Below are positions 23,573 to 34,509 of a DNA stretch of 36,225 nucleotides, in pieces. The DNA comes from Atractiella rhizophila (lineage: Eukaryota), in the NCBI GenBank assembly GCA_021432655.1, contig MU271543.1, positions 1 through 36,225 on the forward strand. Reading direction: 5' to 3'. The stretch's first letter is position 1. The number at the start of each line of letters is the position of its first letter. Under the pieces are notes generated by a model. The model was not told the DNA's origin. It made no database searches and saw only the letters and a program-made list of their open reading frames with translations. A program made the translations under genes and the position numbers.

Positions 23573-24228
23573 GGGTCTTAGGGAACATGTGCTGGAACCT
23601 TATCTGTAAGTGATGAACTAACCATAAAACTCCAACTCCAACATATTTTACGCCAGGATTGAATGAGGAATATCGCAGTTCACACATCAGAGGCTGAGCT
23701 GTGTACAACGTGTGCTGATCAAAATTGGACTTTATTCACCCAGAAGTAGCCTACTCATTGTTGTTCCTTCTCTTACGACCTCATTAATATGAGGAGTGAC
23801 AGTTCGTTGCCTTCTGTTTGTTCCCGTTGATTTAGGGACTTCTGGATAGAGGGGACGGGAGGTTTCCGTCTCGAGGGGAATCCTGTCTCGCCGAGAATTC
23901 GTGCTGGAGGATCGTTTGGGAGTGGCTAAGTGTTTAAAAGGGACATGGGTCATTCAGTGCATTTAAATTTTGAAGTTAGAAGGTTGACAACTCGAATCCA
24001 TGCACAAATTCGGTCAAAGTGGCAAAAATGCGCAGTCCAGTACGGGAAGGATACTAAGAAGTATGGAATTCCCTTTCTTCCCTCTCCCTTCCTTCCGACT
24101 CGTCCACCGACAATTACCAGGTAACTGGCCCTTATGGCCCAGGCTTTCTTTCATCCTTCCATCCTCACCGTCCCCTTCCAAGAAGCGAACCTGTTGGAGT
24201 TGCCAGAGCTCGCCACCATCGGACAGGT

Positions 24229-26028
24229 CTAGTTCAACCAAACACTTGTCTTTCTCTTAAAAGGAGGAATGAATTTGTAGTGATCATCAAATTGACCCTG
24301 TTCATCTTTCCACCATTGGTCAGCCGCGCTCCCTTCACCTTCCCAAATTTTCGACCATGCCTGCCACTGATCCTGCCTCTCCCAAGTTTCCAATCTAAGG
24401 TCCCATACCGTGACACCACACCCCCTTAATAGATTCAACCCATTTACAATCTCATCCTCAGGCCATTCTCCAAAGAACAGCACAACATCCAGTCGTCTGT
24501 GAGCAGCTGTTGTAGTCAGCCGATCCCCAAAGAACCAGTGAACGAATCCTGCAAAATCGCTCCAGTCTACCACACAGAACATAACTGATATGCGCTGTAT
24601 TGCCTCTGCATTCTTGAGAGTGCTGAAGAACTGGTAGGAAACAAGGTTCGAAGTTTCCTCGCCACCGTCGAGATAGAGGGATGTGAGATGTATCAGGCAT
24701 GAAAAATCAAGTGGAGTAGGTAGATCCAAGGAATGTTCATCAGCAATGAAAGGATCGATCTTGAGTTTGAGAAATCTTAGACCATGCGGTAGACAGGTGC
24801 CCGAGATAGAGGGAGAGAAGCGAGTGGTCAGATGCAGCTCCTGGAGGGTGTCTGGGAGGCAGAGTGATCGAAGCAGTGGATACTTGAAGAGCGCGAGAAA
24901 TGTCAAACCATCCAGTAATCGAAGGCCAGCAGATGACGAAAGGGCACCGGAGGCGGTGTCATCCTCCACTGCAAACGAAGTGAAACGTCTGATCCTCGCA
25001 CTCATCTTCTGTGTAAGGTACTCCACCTCTTCCCTCTTCCATGTTCTCCCCCGATACCCTAAATTAACCTCCTCCAACCTTGTCAACCTCACAATCGCAT
25101 TCAAAACCATTGTCACTTCCTCCCCCTCCAAAAATGCATCCATGTAGACCCGCGTAAGAGTCGGCGAGGCTTCGATGACCTCAGTTATCATCTGGGCACT
25201 CGGACCCTGTTGGAGTAGCAAACGTCTCCACAACCGTCCAACCTGAGCATCAGGAAATTCTTCCAGGCGAGTATGTTTGTCCTCCGTCCGCCAAGGTTCT
25301 TTCCAATGAGCAAAAGAAATGACTGACCAGAACTTGCAGACATGAGGGAGCACAGTCCAGCCGTCAACCCAAATATGTTCGTCTCCCAGCAAAGCAAAGA
25401 TGGGATCAAGTATCTCTTTCGGTAGGCGTGAGGCATAACATGCCGTAGCCCTTGGAGGGAATGAGAGTTGAATAATGTGGGGATCACAACACTGACAGGA
25501 TTGTTCTTCGTATCGGGTGATCCCTGCGGAGATGCCCTGAGAGGGATTTTCTGGGAGAGATAGTGTGCGAGTGAAGAACTCTGTTTCTGGTGGCAGATCA
25601 TTGAACTTGATGGAGACCAGCCCTTCGACGCCCCCAAAGGTGACCGTGAAATTTTCCCTGCTGAAGATGATGCAAAGACTTGCTTCACCATCCTTTTCAA
25701 CTCTATTTTCGAGACATTCAATTGAAAAGTAGGACAATTTCGAGGACAAACGTCGAAGTCCACTATGTCCGAAATGAGGTACGATAAATGTGATCTGGAG
25801 CGTATGAATCGATGGAGATAGGCGACATAACAAAGAGGGAAGAATGGATAGCTGGAGCCACACTGTCTGAAACTTCAATGGAATGAGGAGATTGGCAAGT
25901 CCCAAATGCGGTTTCATTGCATCAAGGGAGGTCGCTGCAGCTGTCTCGTACGGACGGACTGATCCCTGTGCCCGCCCTAATTCATGTTCACTTTGGGTCG
26001 AATTGATAGAGAGCTGTTCTGTTGCCAT
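24229..26028 (-). CDS. F-box / LRR(RNI)-like protein; probably extends upstream via further exons to ~26.7 kb
   Basis: 599-aa ORF with F-box-like RLPKEILDPIFALL..LPHVCKFWSVIS followed by LxxLxL repeats. The frame stays open up to an acceptor near 26161, and ORF 26271-26696 may be an N-terminal exon. Confidence 0.65.
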   Translation of the reverse strand: MATEQLSINSTQSEHELGRAQGSVRPYETAAATSLDAMKPHLGLANLLIPLKFQTVWLQLSILPSLLCRLSPSIHTLQITFIVPHFGHSGLRRLSSKLSYFSIECLENRVEKDGEASLCIIFSRENFTVTFGGVEGLVSIKFNDLPPETEFFTRTLSLPENPSQGISAGITRYEEQSCQCCDPHIIQLSFPPRATACYASRLPKEILDPIFALLGDEHIWVDGWTVLPHVCKFWSVISFAHWKEPWRTEDKHTRLEEFPDAQVGRLWRRLLLQQGPSAQMITEVIEASPTLTRVYMDAFLEGEEVTMVLNAIVRLTRLEEVNLGYRGRTWKREEVEYLTQKMSARIRRFTSFAVEDDTASGALSSSAGLRLLDGLTFLALFKYPLLRSLCLPDTLQELHLTTRFSPSISGTCLPHGLRFLKLKIDPFIADEHSLDLPTPLDFSCLIHLTSLYLDGGEETSNLVSYQFFSTLKNAEAIQRISVMFCVVDWSDFAGFVHWFFGDRLTTTAAHRRLDVVLFFGEWPEDEIVNGLNLLRGCGVTVWDLRLETWERQDQWQAWSKIWEGEGSAADQWWKDEQGQFDDHYKFIPPFKRKTSVWLN

Positions 26029-27097
26029 GGGAGCATTCTGAAGGACGTCGATGGACGCCGCGGGAGTTGGAGTAAATTGGGAGATGTCAGATTCACCAAT
26101 CGACTTTACGTGAAGCTGTTTTCGTTGTCCTAAGATCGCTTCGTCAAGAGATCCCGTTTCTGTGAAATCATGTCAGTGAGACCTCATCTCTACAACTAAA
26201 AGTCGGAAAGAATATGGATATTCCCTCAAGGGTCCTGTTCCAAACAGGAGACAGAATTATGACGTGGCGTCTAACGAAGGAACGACTTGATAAAACATGA
26301 AGGAAGGTTAAGATCACCGTGTGCTCCCTCTCTTTCCGCAGCACCTGCCTTATTTCCGCTTCCGCTCATCCACAATGAAGACTGCAACGGATTCGCTCGA
26401 GCAGTTTCTGGTGGACCCGCCTGTTCCATGAGCGATGGTGCACGATCTTCAAGCGAGATCAGTGAAAGTTTGTTTGGTATGGAATCCGAAGGAATAAATG
26501 AAGTAGATCCGCTGTCGTCGGACAATCGTGCGGGCACAGGTATGGGTTGTACTGCGAAAACAGAAAACGGGACAGAAGTTGAAAGTTCGAATGCGCCAGC
26601 AGGATTTCGATCTTCTTTATTTGAGCAAGGAGGCTTTGAGGATATCGTTGCCCCCATGGGTTGTTCTTCCTGAAAGCCTGGAATCTGCTCAACCATTTCC
26701 TGAGAAACGGCGTCGGGCTATCACTCATAATCAATGCGACGAGAGAAGAAGAACAGAGAGAATCATGCCTGCGATGCACGCTCAGACGACGAAACTTTAG
26801 CCATTTTGGACATTTCAAGTTGGCCCTGGCAGCACAAATCGCAAATGTTCGAGGTAATGTTTGATGGAGAAGAAACAGAAGTTTGTCAGATAATGCGAAG
26901 TTGGTTGTTTGGCTCCTGATGGGAGAGGGGAGAACGTCCGGACGTGGGAAGTAGGTGATCCCCCATTCATTGACACGAGAGTTCGTCGAAGACTAAAGTT
27001 CCCTCACTACTGCCGTAATTCTCCTCCTCCCCAACACTTTTGCTCTCTTGTTTGAGTTGCTTCCCTTCCTAACGTCCTCTCCAACCCATCCAGCGTC

Positions 27098-29328
27098 ATG
27101 CACCGTCTCCCGTCCTCCCTCTTCCGCCACAATGCGCGCGCCCGCTTCCTTTCAACCGTCCGCCCACGGTACGCGCAGACGACCTTCCTCATGCCCTCTC
27201 TCTCGCCGACGATGGAAGAGGGGAAGATAGGCACGTGGCGGTTTAAGGAGGGGGACGAGTTTAACGAGGGAGACATACTGCTCAGCGTCGAGACTGATAA
27301 GGCGGAGGTGGAGGTGGAGGCGCAGGAGGAGGGGAGGGTCGGAAAGGTGTTGGTGTGTATTCTTTCTTTTCTTTCGCTCTGCTCAGTCTTGAGGAGAGCG
27401 GGGTGAGTGTCGTGGTGACACTCAATTATCCTTGTATTAAAATAAGGAATAAGTGGGATGGCTGGGACAACATTGAGCTGGCTACCAAAAGTTGGACAGA
27501 GGGAGAAAGAATTGCCTTCCATTTACCTAAAGCCGCCATTCAGCGTTATTGCTTATCTTATACCTCATTCAGAGGACGAATGAGTGTGTCGAAGCCGGGT
27601 GTGCGAAATGTCCAGCTATCCGTTTGTTCTGGAATACATGTGTTGCACATTTCACCGATGTTTTCTGTTGTTGACGTCGACATAAATCAGCTACATTTCA
27701 TTATCATCTAATTATATTCCCCTCTACTTTCGTCTGATGAGAAGACCGATTGTTTCAAACTCCCGGGAGTGGATTGTAATGTGTTTCCGTGATCCCCGGA
27801 TAGCGACCTGCGTATTCTTCGCGTTTATTTTCTTCTTTTCTTCTTCACACCATGCCTGCATTGGTAGCAACGCGTTTGAAATACAGATCAATTGGAAATC
27901 ATTCTTCACCGGAAGAAAGAATGAGCGTGCCAACATCGCCTGCATTCAATTTCCATTGGCCAGTTTCTCCCAGCCGTCCCCGCAGAGCCTTTATTCCTCT
28001 TTGACACCAGCTATATTTCTACCAGGGATCGCAAGCCTACAAAGTATGGTGTAGCTGCAGAAAGGAAGAATGAAACTCGAAGGAATAGATGATATTGGGT
28101 GTTGTGTTTGTGGACTTCCGCTTCAAGTCATCAGTGCGCGAATACGTCAACTAGCTACAGCTCGCCATCGAAGATCAGATGAGTTCGTCCAAAATATAAA
28201 GACGACCGTTTGAGAGAGTCCTGTGTTTATGGATCGAAGCTACGCTTTGTTTGCTCGCAGCTCACCGTAGCGGTCTCACTCAGAATATCAGAGAGGTCCC
28301 TCCCCTCGTAAAAGGGTTCATATCCATTATTTACACATGATGCCAGATTACGGACTGGTTCTGTGCCAACCTTCCATTGCTTGGGCTATTTTCTCTAACA
28401 TGTAGCTTTACCCACGTCATTCGCTCGTTCTTGCATACCTTATTTTTCACGCCGCTTTGCCCTTTAATGCTCAGACAGATCCAAAACTGACTATTCGGGC
28501 TACAGGTGGGAGACCATGCGGAGGGAATCAAAGTCGGACGTCCAATCGCCATCCTCGTCGAAAAGGGAGAGGACATCTCAAACCTGACCTTGCCGGAGGA
28601 AGCCGCTCCCTCCTCATCTAAAACTGAATCGAAGGAACCCTCCAAAGCGTCCCCTCCCTCTCCACCTTCTTCGACAACACCGAAACCCCAATCGCAATCG
28701 CAAACAGCGCCTGCCCCCCACACTTCCTCTCATGCTCCCACCCATCCTAAACCCATTTCTCCTGCCGTCGCACGCCTCTTAGCTATCAACGAGATCGAGG
28801 ATGCGGGTAAGAAGATTGGCTTGGGGAGTGGGAAGGATGGACGGTTGACTAAGGAGGACGTGTTGAGGTTCGTGAGCACTGGGGAGAAGCCAGACTTGAA
28901 GAAGAAGAAGGAAGAGAAGGTTCGTTCTACCTCTTGGTCACAAGAGAGAGAGGCTGATGTGTGATTTTTGCCCTCCCTAAAGGTAACAAAGAAGACGGAG
29001 AGTGGGAAGCCGGTGGAGGTTTTGGATGGACCCGCGTTTAGGAGACTCATACTCGCTGGAATGGCTAGTCCAAAACCTCAACCTTCTTCGATTCCCTCCA
29101 AAAAGGCTCCTTCGAGTTCGTCCACTTTTGCTAACTGGCAACGGTCTGACAAGTGTTCTAGGCTTCGACTATGACTCTATCCTCGCTGGTTACCGTGCCC
29201 CACCTTCAAGGAAACCAGTCGTCGTTCCTGACACTATAATTTTCGACCTCCCATCATCCTCCCTCGAGACCGCCCATGTCGTTGTTCCGCCTTCAAAACG
29301 TGATCCTTTTACGGATCTTCTGCATTAA
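27098..29328 (+). CDS. PDX1: Pyruvate dehydrogenase complex protein X (E3-binding protein), mitochondrial
   Basis: Arg-rich presequence, lipoyl domain [32 protein letters not shown], Pro/Ser linker and [27 protein letters not shown]. No acyltransferase domain. Exons 27098-27352, 28506-~28919, ~28983-29115 and ~29162-29328. Confidence 0.85.
27387..28467. mobile_element. Putative non-autonomous insertion (~1.08 kb) in PDX1 intron 1
   Basis: Flanked by the direct repeat TGCTCAG (27380-27386 and 28468-28474). Imperfect inverted termini GGAGAGCGGGGTGA / GGCAAAGCGGCGTGA. Excision leaves a 65-nt intron. Confidence 0.6.
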
Positions 29329-29557
29329 TTAGTTTACGTATACCTTAGATAATTTGACACCACAGTCCCCCGGAACCAAGTTGATGACAATTTTTCAAGT
29401 GCTGCTACACTGTGTAAACGGAACGGCGAGCGAAGAAATGACAAGGCATCCCTCTACCTGTCTGCCTCACTTCCTCACTTGTCCACATCACCACCAGTAC
29501 GATTTGAGAGAAGGAGATATTGAATTCTCCGGTCCATTCCTATACCAAGCCATCACG

Positions 29558-31173
29558 TCAGAGCTTCAATTTCAAGGTCATTCCCGCATCGGTCAAGTTC
29601 TTCACCAAGGTCTCTTTTTCGTAATCTTCGATGGGGAGTTTGACCAAGTATAACATGCGCAAGGTATCTTTGAAGCGGATAGCTGTGTCGTACAACATGT
29701 CGGGGACCAAACCATTCCCAAAGCAAGCGTTAATCGCCAGTACCTGTATGCTGGAGGTGAAAGGGCCGGTGCAGGGAAACTCCCAACATTCCAAAGGGAA
29801 TTGGCGAAGTTCGAGAAGTTGTAAACCAGATATTTGAGCCACCAGGTCGTAGAATTTGTTGGTGAGACTAAGTGGATCTGGTTCAGAATACAGGACGCCT
29901 CTGTCGAGCTGAGTGATGAGGGAGATTCGCAAAATTTGCAAGGATCCTTTGCATGACTGCAAAATTGGGAAAAGTAAGGTGTCCAGAGGTTGATTGACGA
30001 TGAAAAGCTCCAAAAGCCTCAAAGTGGGCAACGGTTCGTTTCTCTGGATGGTATTGGTGAGAACTTCGAGGACAAACGAAGATTCCGGTTCCGTGCCGTA
30101 AAAGTCCTCGACTAGCATACGTAAATCTTGGAGATTGCTTGGAAAGACCAGTTCAGCAGGAGGGCGTATAGAAGTGTCCGCTGAATCAGGTAAGTCCACT
30201 GACGTTGGCACCAGAGCATTCACTGCTGACATATAGTGCTCTGGAGGCTGTGAGTACCAGATTTTGGAGATATCGTAGCAGTACGGGTCAAAAACGTTGA
30301 GCGTTCTTAGTCGACGCAGGCATTGAATGAGCTTGGCTGGCTGTTGTCCACAGTCGTCGAGAATTTGGAGCTCCGACAGGGTTGTCTTTCGCTTCAGGAG
30401 CGAATAGCCATCAAAAGCGTGCATGTCATCAAAGAGGTTTGTGAGATCGCTGAATACCGTCAAGGTACTCAAACAAGTGCACTTTGAAAGAGCCCTGAAT
30501 ATCGAGAGACGTTCCAGTAGTCCTAGATTCTGGGACGGTATAGCGTATCGAAGGTGTCGAACAAATATGGCAGTACCTGGGCAGATTTGAAACTTTCGTA
30601 ACAGAGCAAGAGCGTCCTGGATGTTGCACAGCGTCGGTGGAGTGTGATATAATGCTCTTTGTGCCTGTACAACATGAGCAACGTTTTCCGTCCAGTCGAA
30701 AGAGAGCGCGTACAATTGGATATAAAGACCTAGACAAACACAATAACTGGAAGCTCTCTTCTTCCCATTCCGGGATGGCTTTTTCGAAAATCATTTGTAA
30801 AATTTCCGCTGGAAGTCTCTCAAAGCTATTTAGAGACGAGGAAGTTTGCCACAATGGAGGCAGATGAGGGGCGAATGAATCAGCTTGCGATTCGTCTGAA
30901 AGGCATTTCTGTTCGTGCCATCGTTCCAATTCTCTTCGTGATTCAGACTCGGATTGGCAAAACGTGCTTCAGTTCTCACAATGATTAGCTCCTCCAACGC
31001 GAGTTTTGAGCAGCTCACCTGAACGCAGCAGTCGCCTCACAAACTTGAGTCCAAACATCTTGAAGGTCATCGTCTGATTCCGTATTGTCGAATTTCACCA
31101 ATTTTCCCCATTTGAGAAGCCATTGGTCAACCAAAGCGGTGACTTCCGCCAGTGCTTCTCCCGCGAGAGTCAT
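29558..31173 (-). CDS. F-box / LRR(RNI)-like protein, 3 exons
   Basis: MTLAGEALAEV.. exon, intron, then F-box FERLPAEILQMIFE..LCLSRSLYPI|AQRALYH (GTACGC..TACAG intron), followed by LxxLxL repeats. Confidence 0.7.
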
Positions 31174-32142
31174 GGTCGTTACTGATAGATGTCGCAAATG
31201 AGAAATACGTTGATGGTTTTGCGGGCCAGAGCTGAGAGTACTGCACCTGCACCTATTCTTCATTGTGACAACGAGAGCATAGCATCAAAGCTTTTGAGGC
31301 AGGGGGATTGAAAGTTGTCACTTTGCATTGTAGGCACCTACATAGAACACCAATTTATTGGGATGCCGCCGATTCCGAGGCAGGAACGAAGCCGCCCGAA
31401 GCTTTCTCTGTTTACGGTTCGACTGCGATTCGACTCCCAGCGCTATACAAACGCCCTCCCATCCAATTTTACGATTCGGTATGATGCATTGATGTACGAT
31501 CAAGAACATAGTTTTGGATGATGAGAATCAAAAGGTATGCGCTCCAATATTCTTTCGAAACTTGTTCGGCTTGTTCGATAGCGCATATTGCCTGTCATCT
31601 AGTTACATACAGAGACTCTCTCTCCAGTTCTAACTTGAAGATGCTCTCTCATGATCGACCACGGTCCCACCCAAGTCATCAATGTCTGCATGGGGAAGAG
31701 GGTTAGAACGTTGGTCGATCTGACGAAGAAGAATAATGAGGACTGCACAGCGAAGCTGCCAACAAGTTCGCGATCCGGCTGCCCTTCCTTCCCGATCTCT
31801 CTGGCTCCGCCCTTTGCCCGTTGCCAGGTTGTGGCAATGACTCATCCGAAATCCGCTCTAACTCCACCCAGCAGTTGCAATCGAAGATTTCCCAGATTCC
31901 TTCGCCGCAAGCCGCAAGACCTGCCGCTCCCTTCATCCCGGACAACACGCCTCGCCCATGATGTCTTCTGCGCCGTGCCGCACTTGCCATCCGGTCCACG
32001 GTCGAGCGCTCACTCTCCGTTTGGACGTAGGAAGGAGTCGCAACGCAAAGACTTGGACTCTCTATAAAAGGGGACATGATGGCGGTTGGATTACTCTCTC
32101 ATCAACTCCTACATCATACCTTTTCACGCACATCCCATATCA

Positions 32143-34246
32143 ATGCATCCCAACAAAAAGGAACATTCATCAAGTGCCTCCGTCACTTCGACCGTGGCTG
32201 ATCACCTCGACGAGAAGAAGGCTCAGAACGAGTCAGCAGATATCGACCACCCATCGATAGGTCTCGAACCTGCCGTCGCTCCATCCGTTCACCCTCACCT
32301 TGCTCCCGTTACACCCGTCCAATTCTCCAATGAATTGTCGCGCCAACTGACATTGAAAGGAGTCGTCTCCCGCGAGAAGGATGTCGAAAAGGGGACGGAG
32401 TATAATGTTGTCTCTTGGGAAGAAGGGGACCCGGAAAATCCAAGGAATTGGAGTCAGGCGAGGAAGTTTTGGACTCTTGCTGTTGGTTCGCCTCATTTCC
32501 TTCCCCGGAACAGTGACGGCGAGTCTGACGTGACGGGAACATATAGTATCGAACCTCTGTTTTGGAGTCGCTTTCGGAAGTGCAATCATTACGGGCGACT
32601 TAGGAGGAATGGCGGCACATTTCCATGTTTCGAGCGAAGTCATCAGTGAGCCTTCTCCTCTTCTCACCCGACAACATGGACTGACCACCACCATCGTTAA
32701 GACCTCACCGTCGCACTTTTCGTAGTCGGATTCGGTGTCGGACCCATCATCTACGCCCCAGTGAGCGAATCGGTAGGAAGGAAGCCGGTGTATCTCCTCA
32801 GCTACCTGCTCTACTTCTGTGCGTTTCCTCCTCTCTCACTTACAAGCACAACAACACAGCTTGACTCATGATCTCGCGCAGTGTTCACCCTCCCCTCTGC
32901 ACTCGCTCAAAACATAGGCACGCTCATCGTCTCTCGAGCCCTCGCTGGTCTCTTTGCCAGCGCTCCCATGACGAACGTTGGAGGGACGGTCGCGGACATG
33001 TTTTCGTTAGAAACGAGGGGTTGGCCCATGACCATCTTTTCGAGCGTGATCGTGCGTTCCCTTCTCCCCCTCTTCCTTTCACTTGCTGAAAATATACTGA
33101 CCATGATGAAAATTAGTTTGTCGGCCCAGTGTTTGGACCTCTGATCGGAGGATACTTGGGCGAAACGGTCGGATGGAGATGGATCTATTGGGTCCTCTTC
33201 ATTTACCTCGGTGTCTCCACCGCGTTCGTGTTGACCATTCCGGAGACGTTCGCGCCGGTATTGTTGAGGAAGAGGGCCAAGAAGTTGAGGAAGGAGACTG
33301 GCGATCAGAGCCTGGTGTCGGAATTGGAACTGCAGAAGAAGGGAAGCATATGGTTGGAGATGAAGACTCTCGTGCTGAGACCTTGTGGTTCGTCAATGTT
33401 TTCTCGCCCTTGAAGAGATAGGTACTCATGAAATATCCAGTAATGCTGGTCACGGAACCCATCCTTATCTGCTTCAGCGCTTACCTGAGCCTGATCTATT
33501 CGCTGCTATGTGCGTCTCATCTCCCCCCCACGTCTGTGTATTCAAGCTGATTTCATCCTAGATCTCTTCTTCTTCGCTTATCCCATCGTCTTCATCGAAA
33601 TCCACGGCTTCACCGACGGCCAAACTGGCCTTGTGTTCCTGTCAATCCTCATCGGGCTCCTATTAGGCAGTTCCCTCACCGCGCTCCAAAACAAATGGTA
33701 CGCGAACATCGTGAAAAAACGCGGTCAAGTCCCGGAAGCACGTCTACCTCTCATGATGATCGGTTGCCCAATTCTCCCAATAAGTCTCTTCATCTTCGGA
33801 TGTAAGTCTCCCAACCTAGCTCTCTTTCAGGAGCAATTTTATGAACCTTTCTTGACACATAGGGACGTCCTACCCGAATATTCATTGGATTGGTCCTGCA
33901 ACCTCTGGCATCCCCTTCGGTTTCGCCATGATCACAATCTACATCAGCGCTAATTCTTGTGAGAGTTTCTCTCCGACAAATCTCGGAAGCATTATTGATC
34001 TGAAATCGATTAGACATTGTCGACTCCTTTCCACGATACGTGGCCTCGGCGATGGCCGCCAAAACCTTCGCTCGTTCCCTATGTGCAGCAACCGTCCCGC
34101 TCTGGGTGAACCAGATGTACCACTCACTGAATCCACGATGGGCGAGCACGCTTCTGGCTCTTGTTTCTTGCGCTATGTTGCCCATTCCTTTTATCTTTTG
34201 GAAGTATGGAGAGCGCATTAGGAAGATGAGTAGTAGGGCAAATTGA
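32143..34246 (+). CDS. MFS drug:H+ antiporter (DHA1 family, Tpo1/Flr1-like), multi-exon
   Basis: VSWEEGDPENPRNWS, GFGVGP..APVSESVGRKPVY, SRALAGLFASAPMTNVGGTVADMF, GWRWIYW, PETFAPVLLRKRAKKLRK, PEARL, ASAMAAKTFARS and PFIFWKYGERIR. TATAAAA at ~32062. Confidence 0.93.
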
Positions 34247-34509
34247 GTGCTTTTCATGCGTTCCGCTGCAGGTAGAATTCGCAGGGCAAAGTTTGTACTC
34301 TGTATATTATAAAACATATTCTCAAATTGCTCCCAAAATAATAATGATACAAAACATTCAAAACACGAGGACGGGGATGAGTTGAAATATGCAAAAATGG
34401 ACAAGCTAGAACTACCATTGAAAACCTTCACACCCTTTCAACTCACAAGTACTGCAATCCACAAACCCCTTCTCTCCTCCCTTCAAGCAAGCAGAAGTCA
34501 AACCCGGAG

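Noticed and set aside
23950..23959. TTCAGTG as the partner TIR of CACTGAA at 15653
   Set aside because: Only a 7-bp match, no TSD and no inverted GAGGGTCTAC repeats nearby.
27733..27762. Hammerhead ribozyme-like CTGATGAG..AAAC in the PDX1 intron
   Set aside because: The required GAAA is absent (reads TTCAAAC), stem II is poor, and no stems I/III were found.
28983..29328. Lipoyl protein lacking an acyltransferase domain (truncated E2?)
   Set aside because: This is the expected architecture of fungal protein X (Pdx1), not a truncation.
32076..32200. uORF overlapping the MFS start
   Set aside because: Its ATG lies within ~10 nt of the TATAAAA, so it is probably upstream of the transcription start.
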